A DNA stretch of 64,000 bases, taken from positions 124,001 through 188,000 of the IMG/VR virus record IMGVR_UViG_3300048008_000449. One strand, written 5' to 3'. The number at the start of each line of letters is the position of its first letter. The stretch's first letter is position 1. A program made the translations under genes and the position numbers. This document shows positions 7,932 through 18,140 of this stretch, piece by piece. The notes under the pieces were generated by a model. That model was given only the letters and a program-made list of their open reading frames with translations, did no database searches and was not told the DNA's origin.

Positions 7932-9452
7932 TTATGGGGTTTGTTGGAATTGTGATGGTACTAGTTGTACCCATGTTGTTCCATTCCAACCTTCAAACAT
8001 AGCTGTATCTGTATTGAAAAAGAATTGTCCTGGTACTGGACTAGTTGGTCTTTGTGCAGCAGTACCATTTTCCGCAATAGCTGGTGTTCCTGGTATTCCT
8101 GCTGGTCCTGCTGGTCCTTGTGGGCCAGTTGGTCCTTGTGGGCCTGCTACTGTACTATCTGCACCGTCTTGACCATTGATACCATTGATACCATTAGTAC
8201 CATTTGTTCCGTTAGCACCGGCTGGTCCTGCTGGTCCTTGTGGTCCTGTTGGTCCAGTTGGGCCTGTTGGTCCAGTTGAACCTGTTCCTGTTCCTGAATT
8301 ACCAGTAACTACTTCTTCATTTAAATTTGTAGTAGATGCAGGAGAAGGTGTAACTTTTGTTCCAGTTTCAGCTAATCCAGTCATACCTGGTTGTTGTTGT
8401 GCAATTCTAGGACTTCCAGAACTAGATTCTTGTACGGTTTGCGTACTACGTTCAGTGTAACCTATAACTCTATTACAATGATCGTATATTGGTTCTCTTT
8501 CAGACAATGGCACTGTTGGATCGCCATCGTTTTCTAATCTATTTAACATTTCAGGTTCAAGTAGATAATGGAATATATTATTTCCATCTTCGTCTACTTC
8601 ATAACCTTTTAAACTATTATAAACTGATTGTAAATTACTTGCATACTGTTGACTTTTTGCAAGTGTCATGTTATCTGTATCTATTGCAACACCAACACCT
8701 GTATTAATTCTTTCTTGAGGTGCAAATAAACTACCACCTTGTCCACCTGATTCTGTTCCTGCAAAATTATTTTCAAACTCAATTAAGTTTCCAATATCAT
8801 TTTTAAATGCATTCAAATCACTTATAATATTGTTTTTAACTGCTTCTGGTAAATTTGCTAGGTTGTTAAATTGTGATCCTAGTTTTTGTAATAGTCCACC
8901 TGTAAATAAGTTTGGGTTAAACTTACCATCTGTACCAATACATCCGCCAATATCGCTATCTGCCATTTGACCCAATGTATCAAGTATATCTTTACCTGCA
9001 CCTGTGAAACTTCCCATTGCATCTCTTAATACGTTTGGAATAGCACGTGGAACAACTGGTGTACCACAGAAGTTAATCATATTAGCAATAGCCGCAAATT
9101 CTGCTATAGCCGCATTTAATCTTCCTAGTGCGTTATCAATGTTAGTGTGTGCGATAAAGTCGTCTAATGCATTTTCTGCTTCTTGTAATGCATCTCTTAA
9201 ATCTTCTAAGCCTGCAGGTATCTCAGGTATTAGTCTACCTATGTTAACCTTTAAGCATATTTGTAAATTTGGGAGTTTTATGCCGTTTCCGGCCAATATA
9301 CTACAAATGATTTCTTTCAAGCTGTACGCTTGTGTTTGAGCTGTTATACTACCATTATTTAGGTCTATATCAGCACCAGTAGGAATATCAACAGTTGTTC
9401 TATTGATATAATCACTAGCGTCTTTCAAGCCATTTACAAAATCATTTGCCAT
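7932..9452 (-). CDS. virion/baseplate-associated protein with collagen-like segment
   Basis: Gly-X-Y run (GPT/GPQ/GPA/GTN/GIN); C-terminal GTAAQRP..P..G.FFFNT...FEGWNG..W fibre module; follows the PAAR gene. Confidence 0.7.
   Translation of the reverse strand: MANDFVNGLKDASDYINRTTVDIPTGADIDLNNGSITAQTQAYSLKEIICSILAGNGIKLPNLQICLKVNIGRLIPEIPAGLEDLRDALQEAENALDDFIAHTNIDNALGRLNAAIAEFAAIANMINFCGTPVVPRAIPNVLRDAMGSFTGAGKDILDTLGQMADSDIGGCIGTDGKFNPNLFTGGLLQKLGSQFNNLANLPEAVKNNIISDLNAFKNDIGNLIEFENNFAGTESGGQGGSLFAPQERINTGVGVAIDTDNMTLAKSQQYASNLQSVYNSLKGYEVDEDGNNIFHYLLEPEMLNRLENDGDPTVPLSEREPIYDHCNRVIGYTERSTQTVQESSSGSPRIAQQQPGMTGLAETGTKVTPSPASTTNLNEEVVTGNSGTGTGSTGPTGPTGPTGPQGPAGPAGANGTNGTNGINGINGQDGADSTVAGPQGPTGPQGPAGPAGIPGTPAIAENGTAAQRPTSPVPGQFFFNTDTAMFEGWNGTTWVQLVPSQFQQTP
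8083..8290 (-). repeat. collagen-coding 9-bp periodic repeats
   Basis: gctggtcctgctggtccttgtgg occurs at 8101 and 8221; accattgat tandem. Confidence 0.85.
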
Positions 9453-9453
9453 A

Positions 9454-9738
9454 TTATTGTCCTATGTACACATCTGGACTACCCGAGCTTGCGTCTGGTC
9501 CACAATGTGGTGGAATAGGACAAAGTGTGTCTGAACCGGCTGGATTGCCATTCAGTACAACTAATTTTCCGCCTACAAATACATTTTTACATCTAGCACC
9601 AAGACTACCGCCGCCGTGACTATTTGTGTCACCGTCAACGCTGATTGGTTGTGTATTTACATGGACATTCATATGTGCTAGTGCATTTGTACTTGCACCA
9701 CATAGTCTAGAATCTCCGTTTCTATGTACTTGAGGCAT
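9454..9738 (-). CDS. PAAR-like spike tip protein (T4 gp5.4-like)
   Basis: R.GD..CGA, V.VN..P....GD..SHGGG, PPHC, GSPDVYIG. Confidence 0.85.
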   Translation of the reverse strand: MPQVHRNGDSRLCGASTNALAHMNVHVNTQPISVDGDTNSHGGGSLGARCKNVFVGGKLVVLNGNPAGSDTLCPIPPHCGPDASSGSPDVYIGQ

Positions 9739-10027
9739 TTGCTACTGTTAATCCTGTACTTTGTTTAATATACATGTCGCTGGCATCTTTTGCAGATTTA
9801 ACTACACATATAATATTATTTATCTTTAATTTGATCTTAGTATCTGGAGTAACTGTAAACATATAAGGTGCTAAAGCCATCCCATTCTGGGCGGCTATTA
9901 GTATGTAAGGCTTAGATACTGTAATATCAGTATCATTTTCTGAGTCTAAACGTGCGATCATTTCCTCACCTGAAGAAAGTTTTATGCTTACTACATCGCC
10001 GTTAGTGTATGGTGTTTCTATTAACAT
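9722..10027 (-). CDS. hypothetical protein (Sm-like beta fold)
   Basis: SIKLSSGEEMIARL pattern typical of small T4-like phage proteins. Confidence 0.7.
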   Translation of the reverse strand: MLIETPYTNGDVVSIKLSSGEEMIARLDSENDTDITVSKPYILIAAQNGMALAPYMFTVTPDTKIKLKINNIICVVKSAKDASDMYIKQSTGLTVANASST

Positions 10028-10030
10028 ATA

Positions 10031-10288
10031 TTATGCTCCTATTTTATGACCCGTTCCATTGTAACCTGTATCTTCAATGTATTGGACCATTTGGTCATAT
10101 CCGCCAACTTTATTACCGGATATAATTATTTGTGGGAATGTTCTGGCACCTGGAAAAGTTTCCATAACATCTTCCCTTGTAAAATCTTCGTCTAGTTGCT
10201 TATACTCATAAGCATATCCACGTGATTCACATAGTGATTTAGCCCTTACGCAATAAGGACATGCTGTCTTTCCGTAAATTATTATCAT
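10031..10288 (-). CDS. glutaredoxin (NrdC-like)
   Basis: CPYC, RTFPQI, VGGYD; adjacent to nrdB. Confidence 0.95.
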   Translation of the reverse strand: MIIIYGKTACPYCVRAKSLCESRGYAYEYKQLDEDFTREDVMETFPGARTFPQIIISGNKVGGYDQMVQYIEDTGYNGTGHKIGA

Positions 10289-11415
10289 TATAAACTCATT
10301 CCTGAAAATGTATCTTCTGATACGTCTTTTTTAACACCGCCAATAACATAACTACTAATTTCTGTTTCTTGAGGTGCTACTTGTACTTCTGCTCCACTAA
10401 TCCATTTAGCTGTCCATGGTAGTGGATTTGCTTGTGGTGTTGTGTATGGACATTTCATTCCTAATGCTGTCATACGTTTACAACAGATCCATTCAATATA
10501 ATCATGTAATAGTTGTGCATTAAGACCAATCATACTACCGTCTTTAAATAGATAGTTAGCCCATTCTTTTTCTTGCTCAACTGCATCAACAAACATTTGT
10601 GATACTTCTTCTTTACATTCTTCTTGAATCTTAGCAAAGTCTGGATCTTCTTTTGTTAATACTTTTGAAAGTAAATATTGTGTACTTGCTAAGTGAACAT
10701 TTTCATCACGTGCAATAAATTTAATAATTTTAGCATTACCTTCCATTTTCTTTAATTCTGCGAATGCCCAAGAGCAAGCAAAACTAACATAGAAACGAAT
10801 GCCTTCTAATACGTTAACACTATTTGCACACATCCAAATTTTCTTCTTTAGATCATACATATTAATTTCAACTGTTTTATTATTAACTTTATGTGTTCCT
10901 TCACCTAACAATTGATAGTACTGTGAATATTCAATAAGGTCATTGTAATATTTAGAAATGTCATCTGCACATTCTACAATTTCTTTACTATCTGCTAATT
11001 CATCAAATACTATTGTAGGATTATTATAGATATTACGAATAATATGTGTATAGCTACGTGAGTGAATTGTTTCACTGAATGTCCATGTGATAATCCAGTT
11101 TTCAAGTTCTGGTAAGCTAGTAATAGGACCAAATGCTTCAACAGGTGCTCTACCTTGTACACTATCTAAAAGTATCTGTCTTTTAAGATTACTTGTAAAA
11201 ATGTGCTGTTCGTGATCAGTTAGATCTTTAAAATCTTTTGAATCTTTACTTACATCAACTTCTTCAGGTCTCCAAAAGAAACCTAATTGTTTATCTGTAA
11301 GTTTATCAAACTGTTTATACTTAACAGTATCGTATCGCTGAAATCCAAGATCTCCATCTAGAAATGCATTTGCTTCAGTATGGTATTTTTCGTTATTTAC
11401 GTTTAATATTGACAT
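10288..11415 (-). CDS. nrdB: ribonucleotide reductase class Ia beta subunit
   Basis: FFWRPEEVD, LLDSVQGR, ETIHSRSY, LEGIRFYVSFA, IARDENVH, VAPQETEISSY. Confidence 0.98.
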   Translation of the reverse strand: MSILNVNNEKYHTEANAFLDGDLGFQRYDTVKYKQFDKLTDKQLGFFWRPEEVDVSKDSKDFKDLTDHEQHIFTSNLKRQILLDSVQGRAPVEAFGPITSLPELENWIITWTFSETIHSRSYTHIIRNIYNNPTIVFDELADSKEIVECADDISKYYNDLIEYSQYYQLLGEGTHKVNNKTVEINMYDLKKKIWMCANSVNVLEGIRFYVSFACSWAFAELKKMEGNAKIIKFIARDENVHLASTQYLLSKVLTKEDPDFAKIQEECKEEVSQMFVDAVEQEKEWANYLFKDGSMIGLNAQLLHDYIEWICCKRMTALGMKCPYTTPQANPLPWTAKWISGAEVQVAPQETEISSYVIGGVKKDVSEDTFSGMSL

Positions 11416-11427
11416 GTTGTTTAATCC

Positions 11428-13752
11428 TTATATCACACAACTTTCGCAGTAGTCGTCATACTCTTCGTCCGTGCTAAATTCTTCTCTACCAAGCATCTGC
11501 TCAGCATTCTTCTTATCAAAGTCAATTTCACCTTGACCATCATATGTGTTAAAATAGTATAATTGTTTTCCACCGTACTTGTAAAACATTACAAGATGTT
11601 GTAGCATAACACTCATTGGAATCTTTTCTTCTTCATAAAATTCCGGGTTGTAGCTTGTATTTACACTAATACCTTGATCAATATATTTTTGTAATACTGC
11701 CATAATTTTTAAATATCCTTCTGGGCTTTTTTGACCCCATAACAGATCGTATTTATTCTTTAACCTAGGATAACCAGGCACAACTTGTTTTAGTACTCCA
11801 TGTTTGCTTTGTTTAACACTTACAAATGCACGTGGTGGTTCAATACCATTAGTACTGTTACTAATTTGTGCTGATGTTTCAGCAGGCATTAATGCCATTA
11901 ATGTACTGTTACGTATTCCTGTTTTTTGTAACTGTTTACGCAGACTTTTCCAAGGCATACGTTCTTTATGTGGAACTAACTCATCTAGTTCTTTTTTGTA
12001 TGTTTGGTTAGGTGTAATACCTTGTCCATATTTTGTTTCGTTAATTCCTGAAATATTACCTTTTTCAATTGCTAAATCTGCACTTGCTTTAATTAAGTAA
12101 TAACTCCATGCTTCTGTCCATGTGTCAACTAATGCTAATCCTTTTTTATCAATATCTTGATAATTTAAATCATTCTTAGCCAACCAATATGCAAAGTTAA
12201 TAATACCAATACCTAATGGACGTCTTTTCATTGTACTAAGTTCTGCCGCTAATACTGGATAATTTTGATAATCCAATAGCTCGTCTAAGCCACGTACTGC
12301 TAATCTACATATACGTTCAAAGTCCTCAGGTGTTCTAACGTTACCCCAATTAATCGCACTTAATGTACATAAACTAATTTCACCTTCTTCATCATTAAAC
12401 GAAGAAAGAGGTTTTGTAGGTAAATTAATTTCACAACACAAATTGCTTTGTTTTACTGGTGCAACTTCTTCTAAAAATGCTCCATGTGTATTTGCATGAT
12501 CTACATTTTGTAAATAAATTCTTCCTGTGTTTTTACGTTCTTCCATAAACATACCAAACAATTCAGATGCTGGTAGTACTTTTTTCCTAGTAACTGTTCT
12601 TTCTGCATTCTCATATAATTCTTTAAATTTATCTTGATCGTTAAAAAATGCCTCATATAATCCAGGAACATCACTAGGTGAGAAAAGTGTAATGTCTTTA
12701 CCAGTTAATAGACGTTCGTACATAAGTTTATTAAATTGTACACCATAGTCCATATGTCTAACACGATTATCTTCTGTGCCTTTATTGTTCTTTAATACTA
12801 ATAGTTCTTCTGCTTCTAAGTGCCAAATTGGATAGTATAGTGTTGCCGCTCCACCACGAACGCCACCTTGGCTACATGATTTAACTGCACTTTGAAATAA
12901 TTTATAAAATGGAATAACACCTGTATGTGTTGCATCGCCTCGTCTAATAGGACTTCCTATTGAACGAATACTACCTGCTCCAATTCCAATACCTGCTTTT
13001 TGGCTAACATATTTTACAACACTAGCACTTGTAGCATTAATACTATCTAAGCTATCATCTGTTTCGATTAATACACAACTACTAAATTGTCTTTGAGGTG
13101 TTCTAAGTCCTGCCATAATAGGTGTAGGTAAACTAATATCAAAGTTACTAATAGCATCATAATATTCTTTTACATATTTCATTCTAGTTTCTTTTGGATA
13201 CGAACTAAACAATGTAGCTGAAATCATCATATATGCAATCTGTGGAGTTTCAAATATTTGTCCTGTTACTCTATTCTGAGCTAGATACTTACCACGGAAT
13301 TGTTCCATTCCAACGTAAGAAATATTTTCATCACGATCATGTTTAATGTAACTGTTTAATTGATCAATTTCTTCTTCTGTATAAACGGAGAAAAAACTTT
13401 CGTCGTATATTCCTAGTTCAACATTCTTACGTGCAATATCACTTAGATGATCTGGATCAAATGAATTGTAAACGTTTTTTCTTAGATGATAATTGATTAA
13501 TCTACCTGCTACCCATTGATAATTTGGTGTTTGTTCGTTAATAAGATCGGCTGCGGCTTTGATTAATGTTTCTTGTATATTTGTACTTTCAATTCCATCA
13601 TAAAACTGTAAATGACTTTTAATTTCTACTTCACTAGCACTAACACCGGTAATACCTTCACATGCGTAAAATACAACTTTGTGCATTTTTTCTAAATCAA
13701 GTACTTCTGTAGTACCATCTCTTTTTATAATTTCTATTTGATCTTTGCTCAT
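11428..13752 (-). CDS. nrdA: ribonucleotide reductase class Ia alpha subunit with ATP cone
   Basis: IKRDG ATP cone, QFSSCVL, CSQGGVRGG, QSNLCCEI, C-terminal CESC; uninterrupted. Confidence 0.98.
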   Translation of the reverse strand: MSKDQIEIIKRDGTTEVLDLEKMHKVVFYACEGITGVSASEVEIKSHLQFYDGIESTNIQETLIKAAADLINEQTPNYQWVAGRLINYHLRKNVYNSFDPDHLSDIARKNVELGIYDESFFSVYTEEEIDQLNSYIKHDRDENISYVGMEQFRGKYLAQNRVTGQIFETPQIAYMMISATLFSSYPKETRMKYVKEYYDAISNFDISLPTPIMAGLRTPQRQFSSCVLIETDDSLDSINATSASVVKYVSQKAGIGIGAGSIRSIGSPIRRGDATHTGVIPFYKLFQSAVKSCSQGGVRGGAATLYYPIWHLEAEELLVLKNNKGTEDNRVRHMDYGVQFNKLMYERLLTGKDITLFSPSDVPGLYEAFFNDQDKFKELYENAERTVTRKKVLPASELFGMFMEERKNTGRIYLQNVDHANTHGAFLEEVAPVKQSNLCCEINLPTKPLSSFNDEEGEISLCTLSAINWGNVRTPEDFERICRLAVRGLDELLDYQNYPVLAAELSTMKRRPLGIGIINFAYWLAKNDLNYQDIDKKGLALVDTWTEAWSYYLIKASADLAIEKGNISGINETKYGQGITPNQTYKKELDELVPHKERMPWKSLRKQLQKTGIRNSTLMALMPAETSAQISNSTNGIEPPRAFVSVKQSKHGVLKQVVPGYPRLKNKYDLLWGQKSPEGYLKIMAVLQKYIDQGISVNTSYNPEFYEEEKIPMSVMLQHLVMFYKYGGKQLYYFNTYDGQGEIDFDKKNAEQMLGREEFSTDEEYDDYCESCVI

Positions 13753-13810
13753 CTGTATCCCGTTCTTGTTAAAAATAGTTATGTATTTAACATGTAATGT
13801 TGTTCAATAA

Positions 13811-14245
13811 CTATTTGCTTAATGTACTAATATCTATATCCTTTAGTACATCAAGTGTGTCGATTAGTTTTAGGTTGTCAATTATATCATAATTATAGTT
13901 TAAAATATAACAATTGTCAACTGAAACAATCAATTTAATCTCACTTTTTTCTACACTCTGTACTAGTAATATTTTACATGGAATACCACTGTAGTACAAT
14001 GTATAAGCAATGCCTAACGAAACAACGTTCTCGTCATATTCGTTTGCATGTAGTAAGTCCCATGGGTTTGGCCATGTGCTTTCATTATAAGGATCGATTA
14101 CCCTAACACTGATAGGTGCCATCTTCCAGAATTGTGTTACAACCTCAAGTTTAGGAAGTAAGTCGTCTAAAGCCTCTATCTCTTTTCTCAGAGTTCTCCA
14201 AGTACGGAGACGCGACTTTACTGGTAGTTGCCATATATCTTTCAT
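13811..14245 (-). CDS. hypothetical protein (possible inactive transglutaminase-like fold)
   Basis: WPNPWDLL..N.Y......LGIAYTL. Confidence 0.65.
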   Translation of the reverse strand: MKDIWQLPVKSRLRTWRTLRKEIEALDDLLPKLEVVTQFWKMAPISVRVIDPYNESTWPNPWDLLHANEYDENVVSLGIAYTLYYSGIPCKILLVQSVEKSEIKLIVSVDNCYILNYNYDIIDNLKLIDTLDVLKDIDISTLSK

Positions 14246-14332
14246 TAATATGTTAACAGGTCAAAAAAAACTTGTCTGGTATTAAAATGTAACGTCGACA
14301 TGTTTCTTTTGTTGTTCCTTGTATTAATATAT

Positions 14333-15022
14333 TTATGACAGGTTATAGAATTTCTCTAAACGTTGGGCCCATTTCATTTCCCAATTTTTAAAGTCTTCTG
14401 GACCACTTTCGAACAGTTGCCATTGACAATCACCACTACACATAAAGATAGCAATACGATCAATTGTAGTATTGTACATTTCGTTATGTGCGTTTGCATA
14501 GGCGGCACCTTGTAAGAAATAATCTTCAATCCATTCACGTTTTTTAGGCTTATTAGTCTGCTTAAAGTCCATAATAGTTGGATGTCCTTTATAAACACCA
14601 ACTAAGTCAGTTGTGCCAGCATATAATCCAGCCGCACATAAATTAACTTCAGTTCCCCATATCTCACTAACATCATCTTCAATATTATCCACAACAACCT
14701 GTGCCATTGCCTTAGCTTGTTTGTGTACTATATTATTTCCAGGGTTGTATGTTTCATACTCGCCTAATGCCCAATGTTCTAATATATTGTGCATAACTGT
14801 ACCTCTATTGGCAGCAGTTGTTGTAATGCGTTGTGCTTCTTCTGTACCTACTCTTTTTCTCCATGCCGCCAATCCTGCACGTTTTTCTGCAGGCTGTGTA
14901 GCACTTAAAATAGTGGTAACACTTGGAACAGGATCGCCCCAAGGATTCTCATATAGACGTTTTCCGTCTACACTAGTTCGTTTTAATTCTTTATATGGAT
15001 ATGGACTTTTAATCTTTAACAT
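14333..15022 (-). CDS. PD-(D/E)XK exonuclease
   Basis: PSVTTIL, RGT.MH, YAGTTDLVG, IMDFKQT, YFLQ..AYA. Confidence 0.9.
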   Translation of the reverse strand: MLKIKSPYPYKELKRTSVDGKRLYENPWGDPVPSVTTILSATQPAEKRAGLAAWRKRVGTEEAQRITTTAANRGTVMHNILEHWALGEYETYNPGNNIVHKQAKAMAQVVVDNIEDDVSEIWGTEVNLCAAGLYAGTTDLVGVYKGHPTIMDFKQTNKPKKREWIEDYFLQGAAYANAHNEMYNTTIDRIAIFMCSGDCQWQLFESGPEDFKNWEMKWAQRLEKFYNLS

Positions 15023-15028
15023 GCATTA

Positions 15029-15057
15029 AGTATACTACTGTTGTGATAAGATGTCAA
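15029..15057 (-). promoter_or_regulatory. sigma70 promoter, probably leaderless exonuclease mRNA
   Basis: TTGACA-N17-TATACT-N6-ATG. Confidence 0.8.
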
Positions 15058-15796
15058 TGGTTTCTTCAGTTAAAATAAAATTATTTAACACCCATGTATT
15101 ACTAAACAACGACCAGTGGTTATCATCCGGTGCTACTGTTAATCCATTTCTAAATGCTATTTCCATATGGACTTTTGTATCTTTTGTAAATACCCACTCG
15201 CCTTCATCTATAAATTGTTTATATAATTCAACTTCTGCTGTACGTAATTGTGGCTTATCTACCATACGTAATAATTCTAACTTAATAATATGTTCAAAGT
15301 TATATAATGTATCCATGTTATCGTACCATTTATCGTTCCATGAATGATATACATCTGATACACTTTTACGTGCTAATGATTCAGTAATGTTTGATTGTAC
15401 ATTTTTTGGAAAATTATCATTTGGGGAATTTCTAAACATACCTGCATTTCTATGTATTGAATACCATATATGAGGTGGGCCATCTAACGTAGAGTAATTA
15501 TTATCAATTTTTTGTTCTTCAAATTCAAAGTCTCCAGTACTACCAACTTCAAATACTCTTTGCTTGAATGTTCTATTAGTAAAGATAATATCAATGCCAC
15601 GTAGCTTTGCATCAAGTAAACACCATTCATAGTAGTCGTGTCCACGACCTCCTATTGCGTAATTATAATATTGATGTTGTGGGAATTTTTGTGCTAGTTG
15701 ATAAGTCCAACTATTCTTTTCTACTTTGTCTTGCCAATATGCTGAAAAACTATCGCCTATAAAAGCAATCTTTTTGCCTACCAATAAATGTACCAT
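15035..15796 (-). CDS. SGNH/GDSL hydrolase-like protein
   Basis: FIGDSFS, NYAIGGRG, DDNHW. Confidence 0.7.
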   Translation of the reverse strand: MVHLLVGKKIAFIGDSFSAYWQDKVEKNSWTYQLAQKFPQHQYYNYAIGGRGHDYYEWCLLDAKLRGIDIIFTNRTFKQRVFEVGSTGDFEFEEQKIDNNYSTLDGPPHIWYSIHRNAGMFRNSPNDNFPKNVQSNITESLARKSVSDVYHSWNDKWYDNMDTLYNFEHIIKLELLRMVDKPQLRTAEVELYKQFIDEGEWVFTKDTKVHMEIAFRNGLTVAPDDNHWSLFSNTWVLNNFILTEETIDILSQQ

Positions 15797-16386
15797 TTTA
15801 ATGTCTTACTGGTATTTGCATTTGTGAGTCTTTCAATTTTATATCCTAAATTTTGAAAATGTTTAATTACTGTTTCCATTTGACTTTGTAATCCACGATC
15901 TGTAAGTGTACCTTGCCATACATTAAAATAGTTGACACTAGTTGGGTTTGTAATACTATACGTTCCTGGTGCAAATCCTAAATTTGCTGTTCCTGCACCA
16001 ATATCATAATTCCATGATGCAAATGAACCTTCAATTGTTAGTACTAAGTATCCTGCGTCTTTGCTTGCTGTTAATCCTGCTAATCCTGCATCGTTAATAT
16101 CTGCAACAATAGAATTAAGATTTGTTCCACTTGTTCCAAGTGTTATTGTTTGATTATTAAAAATAAGTGTGTCACCTACAGTTATTGTGGGGTTATTAAC
16201 TGTACCAATTTTTTGTATGCTAGGAGTTGAGTTTGTCATTGTAGTTGTGTCTGATACAGTACCTTCAAATTTACCTAATGCACTCTGTGAAATAACAACT
16301 TCCATGATAGCTTGTGTTTCTTTGTACACAATCATATCTTGTGATGCTTTAGCTCTTGCTTGGGCTGCGTTTAATCCTACACTCAT
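15778..16386 (-). CDS. putative structural protein
   Basis: Thr/Gly-rich insert (ITLGTSGTNLNSIVADIN.AGLAGLTAS) resembling flagellin-type insertion domains; in a late operon. Confidence 0.55.
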   Translation of the reverse strand: MSVGLNAAQARAKASQDMIVYKETQAIMEVVISQSALGKFEGTVSDTTTMTNSTPSIQKIGTVNNPTITVGDTLIFNNQTITLGTSGTNLNSIVADINDAGLAGLTASKDAGYLVLTIEGSFASWNYDIGAGTANLGFAPGTYSITNPTSVNYFNVWQGTLTDRGLQSQMETVIKHFQNLGYKIERLTNANTSKTLKWYIYW

Positions 16387-16709
16387 TTGTTTAACTCTTT
16401 GTCTACTTGCTTCTTAGCCATTGCTTTTACTTGTTTCTTATTCTTTTCTGGATCTACTTTATTCATATTGCTAGCACCCATGCTGGCAGTATTAAAATAT
16501 ACTATACCATCTTTGATGTTATTAACAATAGGGAGGTTTTGAATTTCATCAAATAGTGATTCACCATCTGCATCTATTCCCATCGCCACCAACTCTTTAA
16601 CTAGCGAGTCTAGAGGAATACTCTCCACACCTTCGCTACTTAGAATTGAAAGTAGATCAATTACCTTTGCATCTACTTGTGATATTTCAAATAGATCAGC
16701 GTATCTCAT
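16383..16709 (-). CDS. hypothetical protein, putative head-associated
   Basis: MRYADLFE N-terminus; late operon. Confidence 0.65.
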   Translation of the reverse strand: MRYADLFEISQVDAKVIDLLSILSSEGVESIPLDSLVKELVAMGIDADGESLFDEIQNLPIVNNIKDGIVYFNTASMGASNMNKVDPEKNKKQVKAMAKKQVDKELNK

Positions 16710-16713
16710 AGCT

Positions 16714-17478
16714 TTACTTCTTCAATGCCGCAAATGCTTGTTTTAATACTTCTTTGTTGACTTTGCCGTCTGCTTGTGCTTCTTTTACCATACGTAGTGC
16801 ATTTAGATATGAATCTTCTTTCATCTCTCTGCCGTCTACATCGGTTTCAGCTGACGCTGCATCTGCACCTTCAAAATCATCTTCTGCAGGCTCAACTGGT
16901 GCATCCGTGTCCATTGCTGGATCTGCTGGTGCATCAAGTTCAGGACCTGTGTCCATTGACATATCTGTTTCTGGTGCTTGGCCTTGTGCTACTAAAACTG
17001 CATCAGCAACTTGCTGATTTGCTGTCTTAACTGCTTCAAGTGCTGAACTAATTGCTGTTTCAGCTGATACATTAAATGCATCTGCTTCTGCTACACCAAC
17101 TTCTTCTTTCATTGCGTTAGTGATGCTCATTAATTCTTCTACTTGCATGCTAGCTAAATTTTCAGCCATTTTTTGTAGATCGTCTGCCATTTGCTTTGCC
17201 GCTAGAAGTACTTCAGCTTGATCAAGTTCGCCTTCCATTACTGGATTCTTTTCCATAACTGTGTTTATACCTTCTAATACTAACAATAACTTCTGATATT
17301 GTTTATCGTTAACCTCAACGCCGTTTTCACGTAATGCGTTGATTTTCTTTTCAGTAACTGTTTTTACTTTGGTTAGTTTTGCATTACCTGCACCAAAGTC
17401 AAACTGCATACCGAATACTTCTTTTAGAACACTATCTAACTTGGTTAGTTTGTTCACTTGTAATTGTTTTAATTCCAT
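16714..17478 (-). CDS. acidic coiled-coil protein, putative prohead core/scaffold-type
   Basis: Start set to ATG (MELKQL); acidic Pro/Ala linker; ATAAATA upstream at 17514. Confidence 0.6.
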   Translation of the reverse strand: MELKQLQVNKLTKLDSVLKEVFGMQFDFGAGNAKLTKVKTVTEKKINALRENGVEVNDKQYQKLLLVLEGINTVMEKNPVMEGELDQAEVLLAAKQMADDLQKMAENLASMQVEELMSITNAMKEEVGVAEADAFNVSAETAISSALEAVKTANQQVADAVLVAQGQAPETDMSMDTGPELDAPADPAMDTDAPVEPAEDDFEGADAASAETDVDGREMKEDSYLNALRMVKEAQADGKVNKEVLKQAFAALKK

Positions 17479-17522
17479 GTTCAATACCCCACTAGGTTTT
17501 TTATATTATATTGTATTTATGC

Positions 17523-18140
17523 TTAAAGGCTACTTTTGATTTGATTTTTGATACTTTTCATCTTTTGCAGTGCAGATCCTTGTTTTGCCATAGCAATATC
17601 TATCTTACTTGACTCTGTTAGCGTTTTTGCCTTCATTTTAAACGTGGCTGCTTCTGCTAAAGCACTAGAATATCTGTTATCTAAATCCAATAATCTTTCA
17701 ACCTTACTGTCTTTTTCAAATAATAAACCTTTTACAATACCCATCGCTGTCTCGAACAGTGCTATTTGATTGTATATAATTTCGTCACCTTCTTTAATAT
17801 TATAGAACGTTTTTGTCATACCAGGAATAAGAGTAGCTTTTTCTAATACAACTTCATAATCACCTACTGTAACACTATTACCTTTTTTAGTCACTGCTGA
17901 TAATGTAATATCATTATGTGATTCTTGAATAACTTCTTCAGTAGCTTTATGTGTAGCTTCGTCAAGTTTTTGTAATATTTCTAGCATGCCTTGTGCGTCT
18001 TTGCTTACTCCTGCAATAACGTTTGGCGTTGGTGTATTTCTTTGTGATTTTAATTTTTGATGTGCTGTTGGTTCTTGATTTGCGGCTTCATTAAGTTTGT
18101 TAATGATATCCATCATTCCTTGTGTTTCTGGTGTTGGCAT
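17523..18140 (-). CDS. hypothetical protein
   Basis: 205-aa ORF; internal duplication QGMMDIINKLNEA / QGMLEILQKLDEA. Confidence 0.7.
   Translation of the reverse strand: MPTPETQGMMDIINKLNEAANQEPTAHQKLKSQRNTPTPNVIAGVSKDAQGMLEILQKLDEATHKATEEVIQESHNDITLSAVTKKGNSVTVGDYEVVLEKATLIPGMTKTFYNIKEGDEIIYNQIALFETAMGIVKGLLFEKDSKVERLLDLDNRYSSALAEAATFKMKAKTLTESSKIDIAMAKQGSALQKMKSIKNQIKSSL

Noticed and set aside
10288-13752. Introns, inteins or homing endonucleases in nrdA/nrdB (also checked terL, helicase, uvsX)
   Set aside because: ORFs are continuous and of normal length
14333-15022. Cas4/CRISPR association
   Set aside because: Ordinary phage PD-(D/E)XK exonuclease without the four-Cys cluster; no repeat-spacer array or cas genes seen
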